A DNA stretch of 64,000 nucleotides from Arenicellales bacterium (GCA_965219265.1 OZ244730.1:330501-394500); one strand, 5' to 3'; shown: positions 9,359-19,012, numbered from the stretch's first letter. Made by a program: numbers and translations. Notes: a model not told the origin generated them from the letters alone.

Positions 9359-9760
9359 ATGTTGTCTGAAGAATTTTTCTCGAATTTTCGAGTGTACTAC
9401 GAAGATACGGATGCCGCCGGAGTGGTCTATCACGCAAATTATTTGAAATTCATGGAACGTGCCAGAACGGATTGGCTTGCCAGTTTAGGCTGCAGGCCGC
9501 AACAGCCTAAGGATTTATTCGGCATAATATTTGCCGTGCGCTCGGCTTGCCTGGATTTCATCAAACCAGCGAAGTTGGGAGATCTATTGAGAGTCTCCGT
9601 TACTCCTGATTCAATTCGTGGTGCCAGTATGACTATATCGCAAACCATCTCGGGTGAACGAGGTTTGCTCGTTCGGGGAAGTTTTCGCATTGCATCACTA
9701 GATGCTGTTCGATTGACTGTTCGTAGAATTCCCGCAGATCTCAAGCAAAGGTTAACTTAA
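9359..9760 (+). CDS. ybgC: Tol-Pal-associated acyl-CoA thioesterase YbgC (4HBT family)
   Basis: RVYYEDTDAAGVVYHANYLKFMERARTDWL hot-dog thioesterase motif; positioned just upstream of tolQ. Confidence 0.9.
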   Translation: MLSEEFFSNFRVYYEDTDAAGVVYHANYLKFMERARTDWLASLGCRPQQPKDLFGIIFAVRSACLDFIKPAKLGDLLRVSVTPDSIRGASMTISQTISGERGLLVRGSFRIASLDAVRLTVRRIPADLKQRLT

Positions 9761-10464
9761 TGGAAGATTCACTCGAACTTGTTCCGACAGGAAATACTCT
9801 TTCTTTTATTGAACTGATTACGAATGCAAGCGTTCTGGTTCAATTTGTAATGGCGATTCTGGTATTGGCGTCATTGGTGTCTTGGTCGATGATTTTCTAT
9901 AAGTGGTTTACGTTGAAATACTGGACACAGTCAGCCGATGAGTTTGAAGGGAAGTTCTGGTCAGTTGGCGATCTCAGTTCTTTGTACTATGACTGGGAAG
10001 GTCGCAGCAAAGATGCTGGCTCAATCGCCGAAGTATTTTTGGAAGGCTATCGGGAACTTAGTAGGCTGTTGACACGTCATAATATAGACAGAACGGAAAT
10101 CGTCGACGGCGTACATCGTTCAATGCGGGTTGCGCTGAACAGAGCCGAGGACAGCGTTAATTCAAATTTGTCGTTTCTCGCCACGGTTGGTTCCACTAGC
10201 CCGTATATCGGACTGTTTGGTACAGTTTGGGGCATTATGAATTCATTCAGGGCACTTGGTTCATTACAGACGACTACCATTGCGGCAGTCGCGCCGGGAA
10301 TTGCAGAAGCCTTGATTGCAACCGCAATGGGACTTTTTGCCGCAATTCCAGCAGTGATTGCTTATAACCGGTTTTCCTATCAGGCGGATCGACTACTCAG
10401 TCGATACGAGACCTTTACCGAGGAATTCCTAAGTATCGTCAATCGCCAGTACGCGATGAGGTAG
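9760..10464 (+). CDS. tolQ: Tol-Pal system protein TolQ (MotA/ExbB family)
   Basis: LATVGSTSPYIGLFGTVWGIMNSF and AEALIATAMGLFAAIPAVIAYN motifs; tol operon context. Confidence 0.95.
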   Translation: MEDSLELVPTGNTLSFIELITNASVLVQFVMAILVLASLVSWSMIFYKWFTLKYWTQSADEFEGKFWSVGDLSSLYYDWEGRSKDAGSIAEVFLEGYRELSRLLTRHNIDRTEIVDGVHRSMRVALNRAEDSVNSNLSFLATVGSTSPYIGLFGTVWGIMNSFRALGSLQTTTIAAVAPGIAEALIATAMGLFAAIPAVIAYNRFSYQADRLLSRYETFTEEFLSIVNRQYAMR

Positions 10465-10472
10465 GGCAAGAC

Positions 10473-10901
10473 ATGAGAACGGTTGTACGACAGCGCAGAC
10501 ACAAGCAGATGAACGAGATCAATGTCGTTCCATATATTGACGTTATGCTGGTTTTACTGGTAATATTTATGGTAACAGCGCCTTTGCTGACGGAGGGCGT
10601 GAAAGTCGATTTGCCGCAAGCAAAGGCGAAACCGATCATATCAGACGAAAATATCCCGTTCGTGGTTCATGTCAATAAAGACGGCGCCTATTATGTGAAT
10701 CAGGACGTTGACAACACAGTTACACTGCAGCAGATACAGTTGAAAGCGACTGCCGTAAAGCGTGCAAATCCAGACACGACATTTTTTGTGCGCGGAGATG
10801 CAAACGTAGATTTCAATTCGGTCATTCAGGCGATGGTTGCTCTGCAGATTGCGGGTGTAGATGATGTTGGACTTGTAACCAAGAATCCGATAGGTAAATA
10901 A
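10473..10901 (+). CDS. tolR: Tol-Pal system protein TolR (ExbD family)
   Basis: MNEINVVPYIDVMLVLLVIFMVTAPLL. The start may instead be the internal ATG at 10509. Confidence 0.9.
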   Translation: MRTVVRQRRHKQMNEINVVPYIDVMLVLLVIFMVTAPLLTEGVKVDLPQAKAKPIISDENIPFVVHVNKDGAYYVNQDVDNTVTLQQIQLKATAVKRANPDTTFFVRGDANVDFNSVIQAMVALQIAGVDDVGLVTKNPIGK

Positions 10902-10908
10902 CTCTGAA

Positions 10909-12720
10909 GTGAAAAATCGGAATCCAAAAAAATTTGGCACTAGGTCAGTATTTTTGGCGCTGTGCGTTCATGCCGCCATTGTTCTTGCAGTTGGGGTAAA
11001 TATTTATTTTGAACAAATCATTCCAACAAATACGCAGAGCAGCAAGCCCACCGAAGCGCCAATTCAGGCGCATGCGATCTCCGAACAGGCAATCGAGCAG
11101 GAACTTGAACAAATTCGCTTGAAAGAAGAGCAGGAGCGACAGAAGGTATTAAACCAGAAAAGGGAACTGGAAGCGGCACGTCAGGAACAGGAGCAGATTG
11201 AGCAACAGCGCGAGCTGGAAGAAAAACAGCTGGCGATGATTGAATCTCGCAAACTAGAGGAAGAGAAACGCGTACGCGAAATGGAGGAGCAACGTCTTAA
11301 GCAGGAACAAGAACTGCGTGAGATTGAAAATGCCCGTCAACAGGAAGCTGAAAAATTGGCTGAGTTGAATAAGCAGCGCGAGAAACACTTAGAGAAACAG
11401 AAACGCGAGCAAGAGCTGGCTGAAATCCAGAAGCAAGAGCAGGAGAAACTGATTGCGCAACAACTAGCAGAGGCAGCACAGGCTGCAGAGCAGAAACGAC
11501 TGGCTGAAGAGACAAAGAGACAGGAAGAAACCCGGCAGTTGGCACTGTTGGAAGAACAGAAACAGAAATTGCAGTCCGAACTTGAGGCCATGAATCAGGA
11601 GCAATCGAACAAGGAGACTCTGCTAAAAGAATTGGAAAAGCAAGAACAGGAACGCTTGCAGAAACGACAGCGTGAACAAAAACTGGTTGAGCAAAAGCTA
11701 GCAGAGGCACAGGCTGCGGAGCAGAAACGATTGGCTGAAGAGGCTAAGAGACAGGAAGAAACCCGGCAGTTGGCACTGTTGGAAGAACAGAAACAGAAAT
11801 TGCAGTCCGAACTTGAGGCCATGAATCAAGAGCAATCGAACAAGGAGACTCTGCTAGAAGAATTGGAAAAGCAAGAACAGGAACGCTTGCAGAAACAAGA
11901 GCGTGAGCAGAAACTGGCGGAAAAGCAAGAACAGGAACGCTTGCAGAAACAAGAGCGTGAGCGGAAACTGGCAGAAAAGCAAGAACAGGAACACTTGCAG
12001 AAACAAGAGCGTGAGCGGAAACTGGCGGAAAAGCAAGAACAGGAACGCTTGCAGAAACAAGAGCGTGAGCGGAAACTGGCGGAAAAGCAAGAACAGGAAC
12101 GCTTGCAGAAACAAGAGCGTGAGCGGAAACTGGCGGAAAAGCGGCTAAAAGATCAGGAAAAACTCGCGCAGGCCCAGGAGGAAGAGAACAGTCGCCGAGC
12201 CGAAGAAGCTGAAAAGCTGGCGCTTGTTAAACAGCGCGAAGAACAATTGGAAAAGCAACGACGAGAAGACGCTGAAAGAAAAAGACTGGCTGATGAACGT
12301 AAGAAGAAACAAGAAGAGGAGCAATTGCGGCAGGCTAGCCTAGAACGCGAAAAATTAGCGAAAGCAGTGCAGGAACAGGAACAGATTAGAGAAGAGGCAA
12401 GGCGAAAAAAGCAGCTTGAAAATGATGCACTAGTAGCATTTTCCGAATTTGCACCGCTAATAAAAAGGAAAGTTACCAACAATTGGATACGAGAAGCTGC
12501 TACACCGGATATTGAAACGGGTGTGATCGTCGAAATTGATCGTAGCGGTGTCGTTCTGTCTGTTACTCTTACCGAATCTAGCGGCTCCAATGAATTTGAT
12601 CGTTCTGTGTTACTAGCCGTTAGAAAGGCTTCACCACTACCGATTCCTGACAATCCGGATTACTATGATTATTTACGAAGGTTTCGTTTTGTGTTCAGTT
12701 CTCCAGAAACCTCTAGCTAG
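10909..12720 (+). CDS. tolA: Tol-Pal system protein TolA with an unusually long (603 aa) E/Q/K/R-rich helical domain II
   Basis: N-terminal TM anchor (SVFLALCVHAAIVLAV), a huge charged coiled region, and a C-terminal TolA domain III (FDRSVLLAVRKASPLPIPDNPDYY). Lies between tolR and tolB. GTG start. Confidence 0.9.
   Translation: MKNRNPKKFGTRSVFLALCVHAAIVLAVGVNIYFEQIIPTNTQSSKPTEAPIQAHAISEQAIEQELEQIRLKEEQERQKVLNQKRELEAARQEQEQIEQQRELEEKQLAMIESRKLEEEKRVREMEEQRLKQEQELREIENARQQEAEKLAELNKQREKHLEKQKREQELAEIQKQEQEKLIAQQLAEAAQAAEQKRLAEETKRQEETRQLALLEEQKQKLQSELEAMNQEQSNKETLLKELEKQEQERLQKRQREQKLVEQKLAEAQAAEQKRLAEEAKRQEETRQLALLEEQKQKLQSELEAMNQEQSNKETLLEELEKQEQERLQKQEREQKLAEKQEQERLQKQERERKLAEKQEQEHLQKQERERKLAEKQEQERLQKQERERKLAEKQEQERLQKQERERKLAEKRLKDQEKLAQAQEEENSRRAEEAEKLALVKQREEQLEKQRREDAERKRLADERKKKQEEEQLRQASLEREKLAKAVQEQEQIREEARRKKQLENDALVAFSEFAPLIKRKVTNNWIREAATPDIETGVIVEIDRSGVVLSVTLTESSGSNEFDRSVLLAVRKASPLPIPDNPDYYDYLRRFRFVFSSPETSS
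11464..11928 (+). repeat. Tandem duplication (~234 + ~231 nt) inside tolA
   Basis: Copy A is 11464-11697 and copy B is 11698-11928. They include an ~80-nt perfectly identical core (11517-11596 vs 11748-11827) and differ by a 3-nt indel and a few substitutions. Confidence 0.9.
11872..12141 (+). repeat. Five near-identical tandem 54-nt units inside tolA, encoding QEQERLQKQERE(Q/R)KLAEK
   Basis: Units lie at 11872, 11926, 11980, 12034 and 12088. Each unit shows only 0-2 substitutions, and all are in frame with tolA. Confidence 0.95.
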
Positions 12721-12725
12721 TCATC

Positions 12726-14021
12726 TTGAATATTAAGCGTAAACTCCTGATCGCGCTCGGATTGCTTGCCGTATGCGCAAATGCGCATGCATTGCCAATA
12801 ATCGAAATCGATGAAGGCGTAGAGCGGGGCGTTCCAATTGCAGTTGTTCCTTTTGGAGTAGATGAAGGGATTGAACTGGAACACCTCGTGGATGACGTAA
12901 TTCGCAACGATCTTGCTCGAACCGGGCGATTCGATCCGATCCATCCGCTTGAATTCTTGAGTTTGCCAACTACTGTTGAGCAAATCAGGTTCGATGACTG
13001 GCGACTGATCAAAGTTGACTATGTGGTAATTGGTTCCGTGAGTTACATGGGTGATGGCAGTTATAAAGTGATTTCTCGCCTATTTGACGCCTATGATGAA
13101 AAGCAGATTTTTGGTAGCCAGTATATGGCCAAGGCGTCGCAATTGCGCAATATTGCCCATCAGATCGCGAACAATGTGTACGCAAGCGTGACTGGCAGCA
13201 AGAGTTCCTTTCACAGCAAATTTGCCTACACGACTACGCTCCAATCTTCACAAAGACAACCTGAGCATAGGCTTTACATTGCTGATTACGATGGACATAA
13301 TTCGCAGATTCTGCTGAAGACGAACGATCCGATTCTTTCTCCGACATGGTCACCTGATTCCAAGCAGATTGCATATTCCATTCTCGACGCGAATCAGACA
13401 AAGATTTATATTCAAACCGTGGCTACAGGCGACCGACATGTCGTGGCAGAATTTGAGGGGCAGAACCGGTCTCCGAGTTGGTCCCCCGACGGACGAAAGA
13501 TTGCTTTTGCAAATTCAAATAAAGGCAACTCGGAAATCTTTATCCTCACTCTTGAAGACGGCAAGGTTACGCGACTTACCAATCATCGCCAAATTGATAC
13601 TGAGCCTGCATGGTCGCCGGACGGGAAATATATTGTTTTCACATCGAACCGAGGCAAGAATGCTCAGATTTACAGAATTCGGGCGAGGAATAACGCTAAG
13701 GCCAAGCGAATTACGCTTGAAGGTGAATCCAATGCAGGCGCCCGCTATTCTCCCTCTGGCAAGCAATTGATACTGATTTCCAACCAAGGCAATGGCAATC
13801 AAGTAGCGATTTACGATTTCAAGGCGCAATCAATTAAAATTGTTTCGTCAACAAACATTGATGATTCAGCAATTTTTTCGCCAAATGGAGATATGTTGAT
13901 GTATATAGTGGAAGGCGGGGACAGACACATTAGTATTCTTTCCCCAAACGGCAAGATACAATCACGTATTGAGGTTGTTGCAGGGTCGGTTAAGCAGGTT
14001 GCTTGGGAAAGTAAGAATTAA
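12726..14021 (+). CDS. tolB: Tol-Pal system beta-propeller protein TolB
   Basis: Signal peptide MNIKRKLLIALGLLAVCANAHA (TTG start) and repeated SP(S/T)WSPDG(K/R)xIA(F/Y) propeller blades. Confidence 0.95.
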   Translation: MNIKRKLLIALGLLAVCANAHALPIIEIDEGVERGVPIAVVPFGVDEGIELEHLVDDVIRNDLARTGRFDPIHPLEFLSLPTTVEQIRFDDWRLIKVDYVVIGSVSYMGDGSYKVISRLFDAYDEKQIFGSQYMAKASQLRNIAHQIANNVYASVTGSKSSFHSKFAYTTTLQSSQRQPEHRLYIADYDGHNSQILLKTNDPILSPTWSPDSKQIAYSILDANQTKIYIQTVATGDRHVVAEFEGQNRSPSWSPDGRKIAFANSNKGNSEIFILTLEDGKVTRLTNHRQIDTEPAWSPDGKYIVFTSNRGKNAQIYRIRARNNAKAKRITLEGESNAGARYSPSGKQLILISNQGNGNQVAIYDFKAQSIKIVSSTNIDDSAIFSPNGDMLMYIVEGGDRHISILSPNGKIQSRIEVVAGSVKQVAWESKN

Positions 14022-14061
14022 ATCAGTATATTTAGAAAGAATAACAGGAGCAAAATTCAAC

Positions 14062-14619
14062 ATGCAACGATACACAGTATTGATTGGAACGCTATTATTT
14101 TCATTAGCAATGTTGGCCGGTTGTGCCAAAACAGGTGTTGACGCAGCGGGAGTCGGCCCTGATGGTACGGATGCGGGCGTGGTGGAGACCTCTAGTGTCG
14201 GCGATTCTGGCAACGTGATCGAGTCCGAAATTGGTGATGCGGCAGATGCCTCAGATTCGGATGCAAATTTGGATAACCTTCTGGATCAGAAGGCAATATA
14301 CTTTGATTTTGATGATGCCAAAGTCAGCGAAGATTCGCAGCGTATTATTCGTGCCCATGTAGAAATCTTAAGCGATTATCCTGATGCCAGCGTGGCTATT
14401 TCAGGGCACGCAGACGAGCGTGGTACCCGCGAGTACAATTTAGCATTAGGCGATCAGCGAGGAGAAGCCGTAAGTGCCTTTTTTCAGGAATTCGGAATTG
14501 ACAGTTCCAGAATTTCAGTTGTATCGTTCGGTGAGGAAAGACCTGCTGTTGTTGGTTTTGACGAGTCGGCTTGGAGCCTGAATCGAAGAGCTGAGTTTGA
14601 ATACGAACTGGCCTATTGA
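14062..14619 (+). CDS. pal: Peptidoglycan-associated lipoprotein Pal (OmpA-like domain)
   Basis: AGGAG lies 11 nt upstream of the ATG at 14062. Lipobox LLFSLAMLAGC is present. OmpA-like motifs are present (GHADERGTREYNLALGDQRGEAV, NRRAEF). The 13969 start overlaps tolB and is rejected. Confidence 0.93.
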   Translation: MQRYTVLIGTLLFSLAMLAGCAKTGVDAAGVGPDGTDAGVVETSSVGDSGNVIESEIGDAADASDSDANLDNLLDQKAIYFDFDDAKVSEDSQRIIRAHVEILSDYPDASVAISGHADERGTREYNLALGDQRGEAVSAFFQEFGIDSSRISVVSFGEERPAVVGFDESAWSLNRRAEFEYELAY

Positions 14620-14666
14620 AACTAATTCAGTAAACGCGTCTGCGTAGTGTTAGATACTTTATTCTT

Positions 14667-15512
14667 ATGAATTTATCAGAAAATTTTGATTCCCGTTGGA
14701 CAGCAGTGGCACTAGCGATGGTGTTCATGTTCACGGGGTGTGCACCGACAAAAACTTCTTCAGATGTAGTTGCGACTGTAGAGACCATAACAGTTGCGGA
14801 TGGTGGTGTTGCCTCGACACCATCTGCTTTGATGCTTGCACAGGTACAGGAAATGTCTGATGAAATTGGCACCTTGAGAGACAGAGTGGAAATTCTCGAG
14901 TTTGAACTGGATAAGTCCAGCCAGAGGCAGAAACAGCTTTATGACGACTTGGATCAGAGACTTCGCAAATTTGAACGTCGTGATAATTCGTTAGATTCAA
15001 CTCCATCTCAACCTCAGACAGGTTCCGGTACACAGCCGGATTCCACTGATGAAGGTTCTCCAGATGCCACTGATGGCGTAGAACCGGTGGCAGTCGAACT
15101 TCCTGCTTCGGATGTGAACCCCCAAGTCGTACGCGAAGTCTATGACAATGCTTTCCGTGCGCTTCGACAGGGCAAATATGAAGATTCAATTATTGAATTC
15201 CAAGCGTTGATTGATACTTATCCGAACAGCGAACTTGTAGACGATGCCTTGTACTGGATTGCCGAAGCGAACTATGTCACTCAGAAGTATGATGTGGCAT
15301 TGCCAGTATTCGAGCGCGTAATCAGGGAGTTTCCAGAAAATCAGCGGGCGGCTGAAGCAATGTTGAAAATTGGATACATTTACTATGATCAGCAAAATTA
15401 CGAAGAAGCAAAAATTTATCTGATGGAAGTGATTGACAGGTTTCCTGCCAGTCGGTCCGCTTTTTCCGCTAGGCGACGGCTTGACAAAATGGGACGAGAT
15501 GGGGTGCTGTAG
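14667..15512 (+). CDS. cpoB: Tol-Pal system protein CpoB/YbgF (coiled coil plus TPR)
   Basis: C-terminal TPR block YDNAFRALRQGKYEDSIIEFQALIDTYPNSELVDDALYWIAEANY...AEAMLKIGYIYYDQQNYEEAK; located directly after pal. Confidence 0.88.
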   Translation: MNLSENFDSRWTAVALAMVFMFTGCAPTKTSSDVVATVETITVADGGVASTPSALMLAQVQEMSDEIGTLRDRVEILEFELDKSSQRQKQLYDDLDQRLRKFERRDNSLDSTPSQPQTGSGTQPDSTDEGSPDATDGVEPVAVELPASDVNPQVVREVYDNAFRALRQGKYEDSIIEFQALIDTYPNSELVDDALYWIAEANYVTQKYDVALPVFERVIREFPENQRAAEAMLKIGYIYYDQQNYEEAKIYLMEVIDRFPASRSAFSARRRLDKMGRDGVL

Positions 15513-15519
15513 CGGACGA

Positions 15520-16221
15520 CTACAGGCCGATGTATTTTTGTTGCAGTTCATCGCTGGACGCCAGTTCACTAGAACTGCCTGACCAGACAGCATGCCCCTT
15601 TTCCACAATATAGTGTCTGTCACCGATTTTCATCAAAGATTCAAGATTTTTGTCAATCAACAGTATGGACTGATGATTGTCTTTCAACTGGGTGATGCTG
15701 TTCCAGATTTGTTTTCTTAATAACGGAGAAAGCCCTTCCGTTGCTTCATCCAGGAGTAGCAGTTTGGGGTTCGTCATCAACGCTCTCCCAATCGACAGCA
15801 TCTGCTGTTCACCTCCTGATATTCGATTGCCTTTTATTTTGATGCGAGATTCCAAGCCAGGAAACAACGCAAACACTTTTTCTACGGTCCAAGGATCGGT
15901 AAATTGATTTTTGTTATTCGATGTCGCAACCAGATTTTCCATCACAGTCAGGTTTGGGAAAATACGCCTCCCTTCAGGTGCGAGTCCAAGTCCGGTATTG
16001 GCAATTCGAAACGCTGGCCAATCCGTAATGTTCTGGTCCTGAAACCAAATGCTGCCAGCACGTGGTTTGATCAGCCCCATAATCGATCGAATTGTTGTCG
16101 TTTTGCCCATGCCGTTTCGTCCGAGCAGTGTAATGATTTCTCCCTCATTAACTTCAATGCTCATGCCGAACAGCGCTTGAGTGGTTCCGTAAAAGGAATC
16201 TATTTTGCGAACAGACAACAT
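15520..16221 (-). CDS. Branched-chain amino acid-type ABC transporter ATP-binding protein (LivF-like)
   Basis: Walker A GRNGMGKTT, signature ISGGEQQML and Walker B LLLLDEAT. It is the last gene of a five-gene LIV-type operon. Confidence 0.88.
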   Translation of the reverse strand: MLSVRKIDSFYGTTQALFGMSIEVNEGEIITLLGRNGMGKTTTIRSIMGLIKPRAGSIWFQDQNITDWPAFRIANTGLGLAPEGRRIFPNLTVMENLVATSNNKNQFTDPWTVEKVFALFPGLESRIKIKGNRISGGEQQMLSIGRALMTNPKLLLLDEATEGLSPLLRKQIWNSITQLKDNHQSILLIDKNLESLMKIGDRHYIVEKGHAVWSGSSSELASSDELQQKYIGL

Positions 16222-16224
16222 AAG

Positions 16225-16974
16225 CTAATCGTCCAGTCCTAGGTAAGCACTACGTACAAAATCGTCATTTCGCACTTCGTCAGGGTTGCCACTTGCGATG
16301 ATTCGCCCATAGACCATGACGGAAATTCGGTCTGCAAGTGCAAAAACTGCATCCATGTCATGTTCAACGAGCAAAATGGTATAGCGGTCTTTCAAGTTCC
16401 GAAGGAATTTCACCATCTGGGACGAATCTGATCTTCCCATTCCGGCCAGCGGTTCATCAAGAACGAGCAGTTTCGGGTCCATTGCCAATGCAATTGCAAA
16501 TTCAAGGTGACGTTGTTCGCCATGAGCAAGTTGGCCAGCAATTGTACCAAGGTGATTTTCCATTCCGACCGACTGTAGAACGCTGATCGCACGATTCTGA
16601 ATTTCACTCTCGGCAGACACCGGGCGCCAAAGATTGAAGCTATGTCCGTAGTGAGCCTGAACAGCAAGTGCCACGTTTTCCTGACATGTGAAATCTTTCA
16701 AAATCGACGTTACCTGAAATGAACGAGCGAGTCCCATCAACGATCGTGACGGTGCGTTCATTTTTGTAATTGGAATGCCGTCAAATTCAATCTCTCCTGA
16801 ATCACACTGCAGAATACCTGAAATCAATGAAATCAGTGTAGTCTTGCCTGCGCCGTTCGGTCCGATCAAAGCATGGATTTCGCCGGCTTGAATCTCCAGA
16901 TTTACATTGTCCGAAGCGTTGACTCCGCCGAAGTGCTTGTTTAAGTTTCGAATGCAGAGCAGAGCGTTATTCAC
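16225..16974 (-). CDS. Branched-chain amino acid-type ABC transporter ATP-binding protein (LivG-like)
   Basis: GPNGAGKTT, LAHGEQRHLEFAIALA and LLVLDEPLAGM. Confidence 0.88.
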   Translation of the reverse strand: MNNALLCIRNLNKHFGGVNASDNVNLEIQAGEIHALIGPNGAGKTTLISLISGILQCDSGEIEFDGIPITKMNAPSRSLMGLARSFQVTSILKDFTCQENVALAVQAHYGHSFNLWRPVSAESEIQNRAISVLQSVGMENHLGTIAGQLAHGEQRHLEFAIALAMDPKLLVLDEPLAGMGRSDSSQMVKFLRNLKDRYTILLVEHDMDAVFALADRISVMVYGRIIASGNPDEVRNDDFVRSAYLGLDD

Positions 16975-17950
16975 TTGAGGATCTCCTCAGAGCAAGCAAA
17001 CCGTCAATTCCTCTAGGCGAGAGAAGTACTACGAGTATAAGAAATGGCCCAAAAATTATGTGCCAGTGCTCAGTGATTCTGGACAGAACTTCCGACAGCA
17101 GCCAAAAAACAAGTGCACCCGTAACCGGGCCCAGAATGCTGGCCATGCCACCCAGAACAACCATGAATATCAACTCTCCTGAACGCGTCCAGTGCATTAC
17201 ATCTGGACTGACGAATTTTTCGACATTCGCGCTCAGCACCCCTGCCAGCGTACACATCACACCGGCAATGATGAAGCACACTAGTCGATATCGAAACGTT
17301 GAATAACCGAGTACTTCCATCCGAGTTTCGTTGGATTTTGCACCTCGAATGACGTAGCCGAATCGAGACTGAATGAGTCGATGCGAAAAATACAGGCAGG
17401 CGATCATTACCGTGAAAATCAAATAATATCGATGAAACGGATTATCGAGATTAAGCAGATCGGTGCCAAAGTCACTTCGGTCGTAAATGATCAAACCATC
17501 ATCGCTGCCAAATTTTTCTATGCTGATGGCCAGAAAATAAATCATCTGTGTAAGTGCCATCGTAATCATGATGAAATACACACCGCGCGTACGTAGGCTG
17601 ATTCCGCCAAATATGAGTGACACAAGAACAGCGGCGCCGATAGCCGTGGAAATCTGTATGAATGCACTATTGATGTTGTAATAAGCGCAAATTCCAACTA
17701 CGTATGCACCTATGCCGAGATAGAGCGCATGACCGAAACTGATCATTCCGCCGTAGCCTAGAATCAGGTTCAAGCTAATCGCCGCAATTGCCCAGATCAT
17801 CAGCCGTGCGAACAGATTGATGTAGTAAGGCTCTTCGAAAACGGTTGCGGCCAAGGGCACGATAGCACAGGTGCCGACTACCAGCGCACCAAGCAGTCTG
17901 CGTCGTGAGGACAGGCTGTTCAGATTAATCATAAGGATTTCGAGGGTCAT
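16967..17950 (-). CDS. LIV-type ABC transporter permease (LivM-like)
   Basis: Polytopic membrane protein with GYGGMISFGHALYLGIGAY. The ATG at 17950 overlaps the livH-like stop (TGATG). The longer ORF from 18001 is rejected. Confidence 0.85.
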   Translation of the reverse strand: MTLEILMINLNSLSSRRRLLGALVVGTCAIVPLAATVFEEPYYINLFARLMIWAIAAISLNLILGYGGMISFGHALYLGIGAYVVGICAYYNINSAFIQISTAIGAAVLVSLIFGGISLRTRGVYFIMITMALTQMIYFLAISIEKFGSDDGLIIYDRSDFGTDLLNLDNPFHRYYLIFTVMIACLYFSHRLIQSRFGYVIRGAKSNETRMEVLGYSTFRYRLVCFIIAGVMCTLAGVLSANVEKFVSPDVMHWTRSGELIFMVVLGGMASILGPVTGALVFWLLSEVLSRITEHWHIIFGPFLILVVLLSPRGIDGLLALRRSSSE

Positions 17951-18873
17951 CAGGTTGTTTGTGCACCAAACAACCCTTTGGGTTTGAAGAAGAGGATACA
18001 AGCCATAAAGATGTAAATCAGCATGGAAGAGATTGCTGGGGCTGCCGCTTCAGCGGCAGTAGGCGACACGAAAAGTGCCAGTATGACATCCAGGAATGAT
18101 CGCCCAAGCGTGTCAATCAACCCGGTGATCAAGGCTGCAATCAAACTGCCGCGCACCGAACCAATTCCACCGATGACGATCACCACGAATGCAACGATGA
18201 TGATTTGCTCACCCATCCCGGAGTTGGCACCCAGAATCGGTGCCATCAACACGCCAGCCAGTGCTCCAAGTGCAGTACCCAAACCGAATACCAGTGTAAA
18301 AAGAAGGCGGATATTGGTGCCGAGGGCATAGATCATTTCCTGGTCGGATGCCCCCGCACGAATCAGCATCCCCAGTTTAGTTTTAGCAACCAGCATCCAC
18401 ATGCCCACTGCTACAACAATGCCCGCCCCGATGATCATCAGTCTATATACAGGATATTCGATACCGAGAATGAGTGGTACCGCTGACGACAGGTATTTCG
18501 GAAAGGGTACTGTCAGGCCATCCAGCGGCCAGACAATCTGTACAAGCTGGTTGAAAAACAGTATGAGCCCAAAAGTTGCAAGCACTTGATCGAGATGGTG
18601 GCGCTGATACAGAGTTCTGAGTGTTGTAACCTCAGTTAGAATTCCGATGCCTGCAACGATTGGCACTGCAAGCAGTAGTGCAGCGATGAATGAGCCGGTC
18701 CACAGAAAGATGGTTGCCCCGACAAATGCCCCTAGCATGTACATGGACCCGTGTGCGAGATTCACGAGATCCATGATTCCGAACGTCAGTGTCAGCCCTG
18801 CAGCGAGGAGAAACAGCAGAACGCCAAATTGGATTCCATTAAGAATCTGTTCGACTAGAAGCGCCCATTCCAA
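17950..18873 (-). CDS. LIV-type ABC transporter permease (LivH-like)
   Basis: MEWALLVEQILNGIQFGVLLFLLAAGLTLTFGIMDLVNLAHG is the typical LivH N-terminus. Confidence 0.88.
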   Translation of the reverse strand: MEWALLVEQILNGIQFGVLLFLLAAGLTLTFGIMDLVNLAHGSMYMLGAFVGATIFLWTGSFIAALLLAVPIVAGIGILTEVTTLRTLYQRHHLDQVLATFGLILFFNQLVQIVWPLDGLTVPFPKYLSSAVPLILGIEYPVYRLMIIGAGIVVAVGMWMLVAKTKLGMLIRAGASDQEMIYALGTNIRLLFTLVFGLGTALGALAGVLMAPILGANSGMGEQIIIVAFVVIVIGGIGSVRGSLIAALITGLIDTLGRSFLDVILALFVSPTAAEAAAPAISSMLIYIFMACILFFKPKGLFGAQTT

Positions 18874-18983
18874 TTTGGTCTACTCGATATTCGCTTGTGG
18901 CAAAACATGATGATCATTGCAAATACGGGAAGGATTGGTGCTAATTGATCCATTGTTCGTACTGTGCAATCGTACAACACAAA

Positions 18984-19012
18984 CTGCAAGGCTTGGAAGT
19001 CAAGCCTTGCAG
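18984..19012 (-). terminator. Perfect 12-bp hairpin between the binding-protein gene and the permease genes (intra-operon attenuator or terminator)
   Basis: CTGCAAGGCTTG, loop GAAGT, then CAAGCCTTGCAG. On the minus strand it is followed by TTTGTGTTGT. Confidence 0.4.

Noticed and set aside
11872-12141. Regular 54-nt direct repeats that look superficially like a CRISPR array
   Set aside because: The units are contiguous, with no unique spacers. They are in frame within tolA and encode its charged helical domain, and there are no cas genes, so this is a coding tandem repeat.
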